DNA of 17,529 nucleotides, taken from an uncultured bacterium (GTDB lineage Bacteria > Hydrogenedentota > Hydrogenedentia > Hydrogenedentales > JAEUWI01). Location of the stretch: NCBI GenBank assembly GCA_963977445.1, contig CAXBPH010000141.1:1-17529 (forward strand). Direction: 5' to 3'. Below the pieces are notes generated by a model. That model was not told the origin of the DNA and did no database searches. It saw nothing but the letters and a program-made list of their open reading frames with translations. Of this stretch, positions 16,241-17,529 are shown piece by piece; position 1 is the first letter of the stretch; each line of letters opens with the position of its first letter. A program made the translations under genes and the position numbers.

Positions 16241-17529
16241 TTACAAATAGCCCAGGGATTTCAGCGCGTCTTCATGGGGCACCTCTGGCGCAACCGGCGT
16301 TAGAAATTCCCCCCCAACACCCTCCACCAGTTTCTTCTCTTCTTCCGTCAACAGGCCAGGATCCCGGGTACCCTTAAAGCGATCACTCAATTGGGGCGGA
16401 CAGGTCGCCTCATAGGCACGCAGGTAATCGCGCCACTGCTGCAACTGTTCGGGATGTTCTTCCGCCAAATTGCGTGTTGCCCCAGGATCCTCTTTCCGGT
16501 GGTAGAGTTCTTCCCGCACGATAGGGCCCCAACTATCGGTCGGTACCACCGTGCCCTCGAGCAGTTCTGCCCGGGTCCCCCGAATGGCACCGGCCGCCTT
16601 GGCGCAGTCTTCCGGGGAAAGCCATTTCCACCACGCCAGATAGAGCGTGTCATCCGTAACTACCCCCCGAACCAGACTCCGACTCTGAATCAGCAGCTCC
16701 ATCACCCGAGGTCCCGTGCCTGCCGTCACTACCGATAGCGCGCCCGCCTGGGGCTCGAAAAGCGGACTGCCGCTGACACCCCCAATCTGAGGAACGCCCT
16801 GGAGCGTGAAAACAGAGGGCATGATATCCACCAGCGATACGGTTGATTCGACCCGGCCAACGGGAATCTGGCCCGGTTGCCAAAACAACAGCGGTATATG
16901 GTGCACTTCGGGATACAAGGTCCAGGCGTGCTCCACAAAGCCATGGTCCAGGAATTCCTCGCCGTGGTCGGCAGTCAGGACAACCAAGGTATTATCGGCC
17001 ATGCCCACCCCATCAAGGGCCCCAAAGAAACCCTTCAACGTATCGTCAATAAAGGCAATTTCCCCGTCGTATCGTTGCACCAGATTCTCAAAACGGGCTT
17101 CACCCGGACCAAAACCCGTCGCCCGGAGCGCCGGCACGTTCTCGCGAACATCTTCGTAGAGTCCCAGCGCCGTTTCGGGCCGTGCCGTGCCAAAGCGATC
17201 GTAATAGCTTTCGGGCGGGGTGAAGGGCGAATGGGGATCAAGAAAATGAAGGTAGGTGAAGGTCGGTTCGTCCCGGTGCTCCGTAAGCCACGCCAGGGCC
17301 TTCTCGACCAACCGGGGACCCTGTCCGCTTACGCCAAATTCGGTAAAGCAGTAGGTCGTACCGAAGCCCCGATAGAATTCCGGGGCATCAAGTACCGGGG
17401 AGTTCGAAAAGAGCGCCGTTTCGTAGCCCGCCTCACGAAAGGCCATCGCCATCGTCGTCTTATCCGGTGCAGGACGGGCATACCAACCGCCCCCCCACGA
17501 ACTTTGAGACGGATACAAGCCCGTAAAGA
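16241..17529 (-). CDS. Sulfatase / alkaline-phosphatase-superfamily hydrolase or transferase, 5'-truncated by the window edge
   Basis: Frame is open to the edge (..FTGLYPSQ). GYETA, YLHFLDPHSP, YDGEI...D, TADHGEEF..HG..EH, ELY...DP...NL, C-terminal LKSLGYL. Confidence 0.9.
   Translation of the reverse strand, partial: FTGLYPSQSSWGGGWYARPAPDKTTMAMAFREAGYETALFSNSPVLDAPEFYRGFGTTYCFTEFGVSGQGPRLVEKALAWLTEHRDEPTFTYLHFLDPHSPFTPPESYYDRFGTARPETALGLYEDVRENVPALRATGFGPGEARFENLVQRYDGEIAFIDDTLKGFFGALDGVGMADNTLVVLTADHGEEFLDHGFVEHAWTLYPEVHHIPLLFWQPGQIPVGRVESTVSLVDIMPSVFTLQGVPQIGGVSGSPLFEPQAGALSVVTAGTGPRVMELLIQSRSLVRGVVTDDTLYLAWWKWLSPEDCAKAAGAIRGTRAELLEGTVVPTDSWGPIVREELYHRKEDPGATRNLAEEHPEQLQQWRDYLRAYEATCPPQLSDRFKGTRDPGLLTEEEKKLVEGVGGEFLTPVAPEVPHEDALKSLGYL

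Noticed and set aside
1..17529. CRISPR array, tRNA, rRNA, frameshifted pseudogenes
   Set aside because: No repeat-spacer periodicity or RNA-gene signatures seen by eye, and all recognised genes are uninterrupted.

Overview
A GC-rich (about 60%) bacterial chromosomal window with 14 supportable CDSs. The style of the hypothetical proteins suggests a Hydrogenedentota/Planctomycetota-like organism (inference only). From left to right: two divergent membrane-anchored hypothetical proteins (one a likely remote DUF3160 homologue), an RlmI-family rRNA methyltransferase, a two-gene DUF4258-like/HTH toxin-antitoxin-type module with an AT-richer promoter and toxin and a clear sigma70 promoter, and the tilS-hpt pair. 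The right half is a cell-envelope glycosylation locus: a translationally coupled dprE1-dprE2-ubiA trio (the polyprenyl-phosphoryl-D-arabinofuranose donor pathway best known from mycobacteria), a cyanobacterial/plant-type glgC, two convergent GT-C-type membrane glycosyltransferase candidates, and a sulfatase-family gene cut by the window edge. The best candidate for an undescribed system is this putative D-arabinofuranosylation pathway. No rRNA, tRNA, CRISPR array or transposase was seen.
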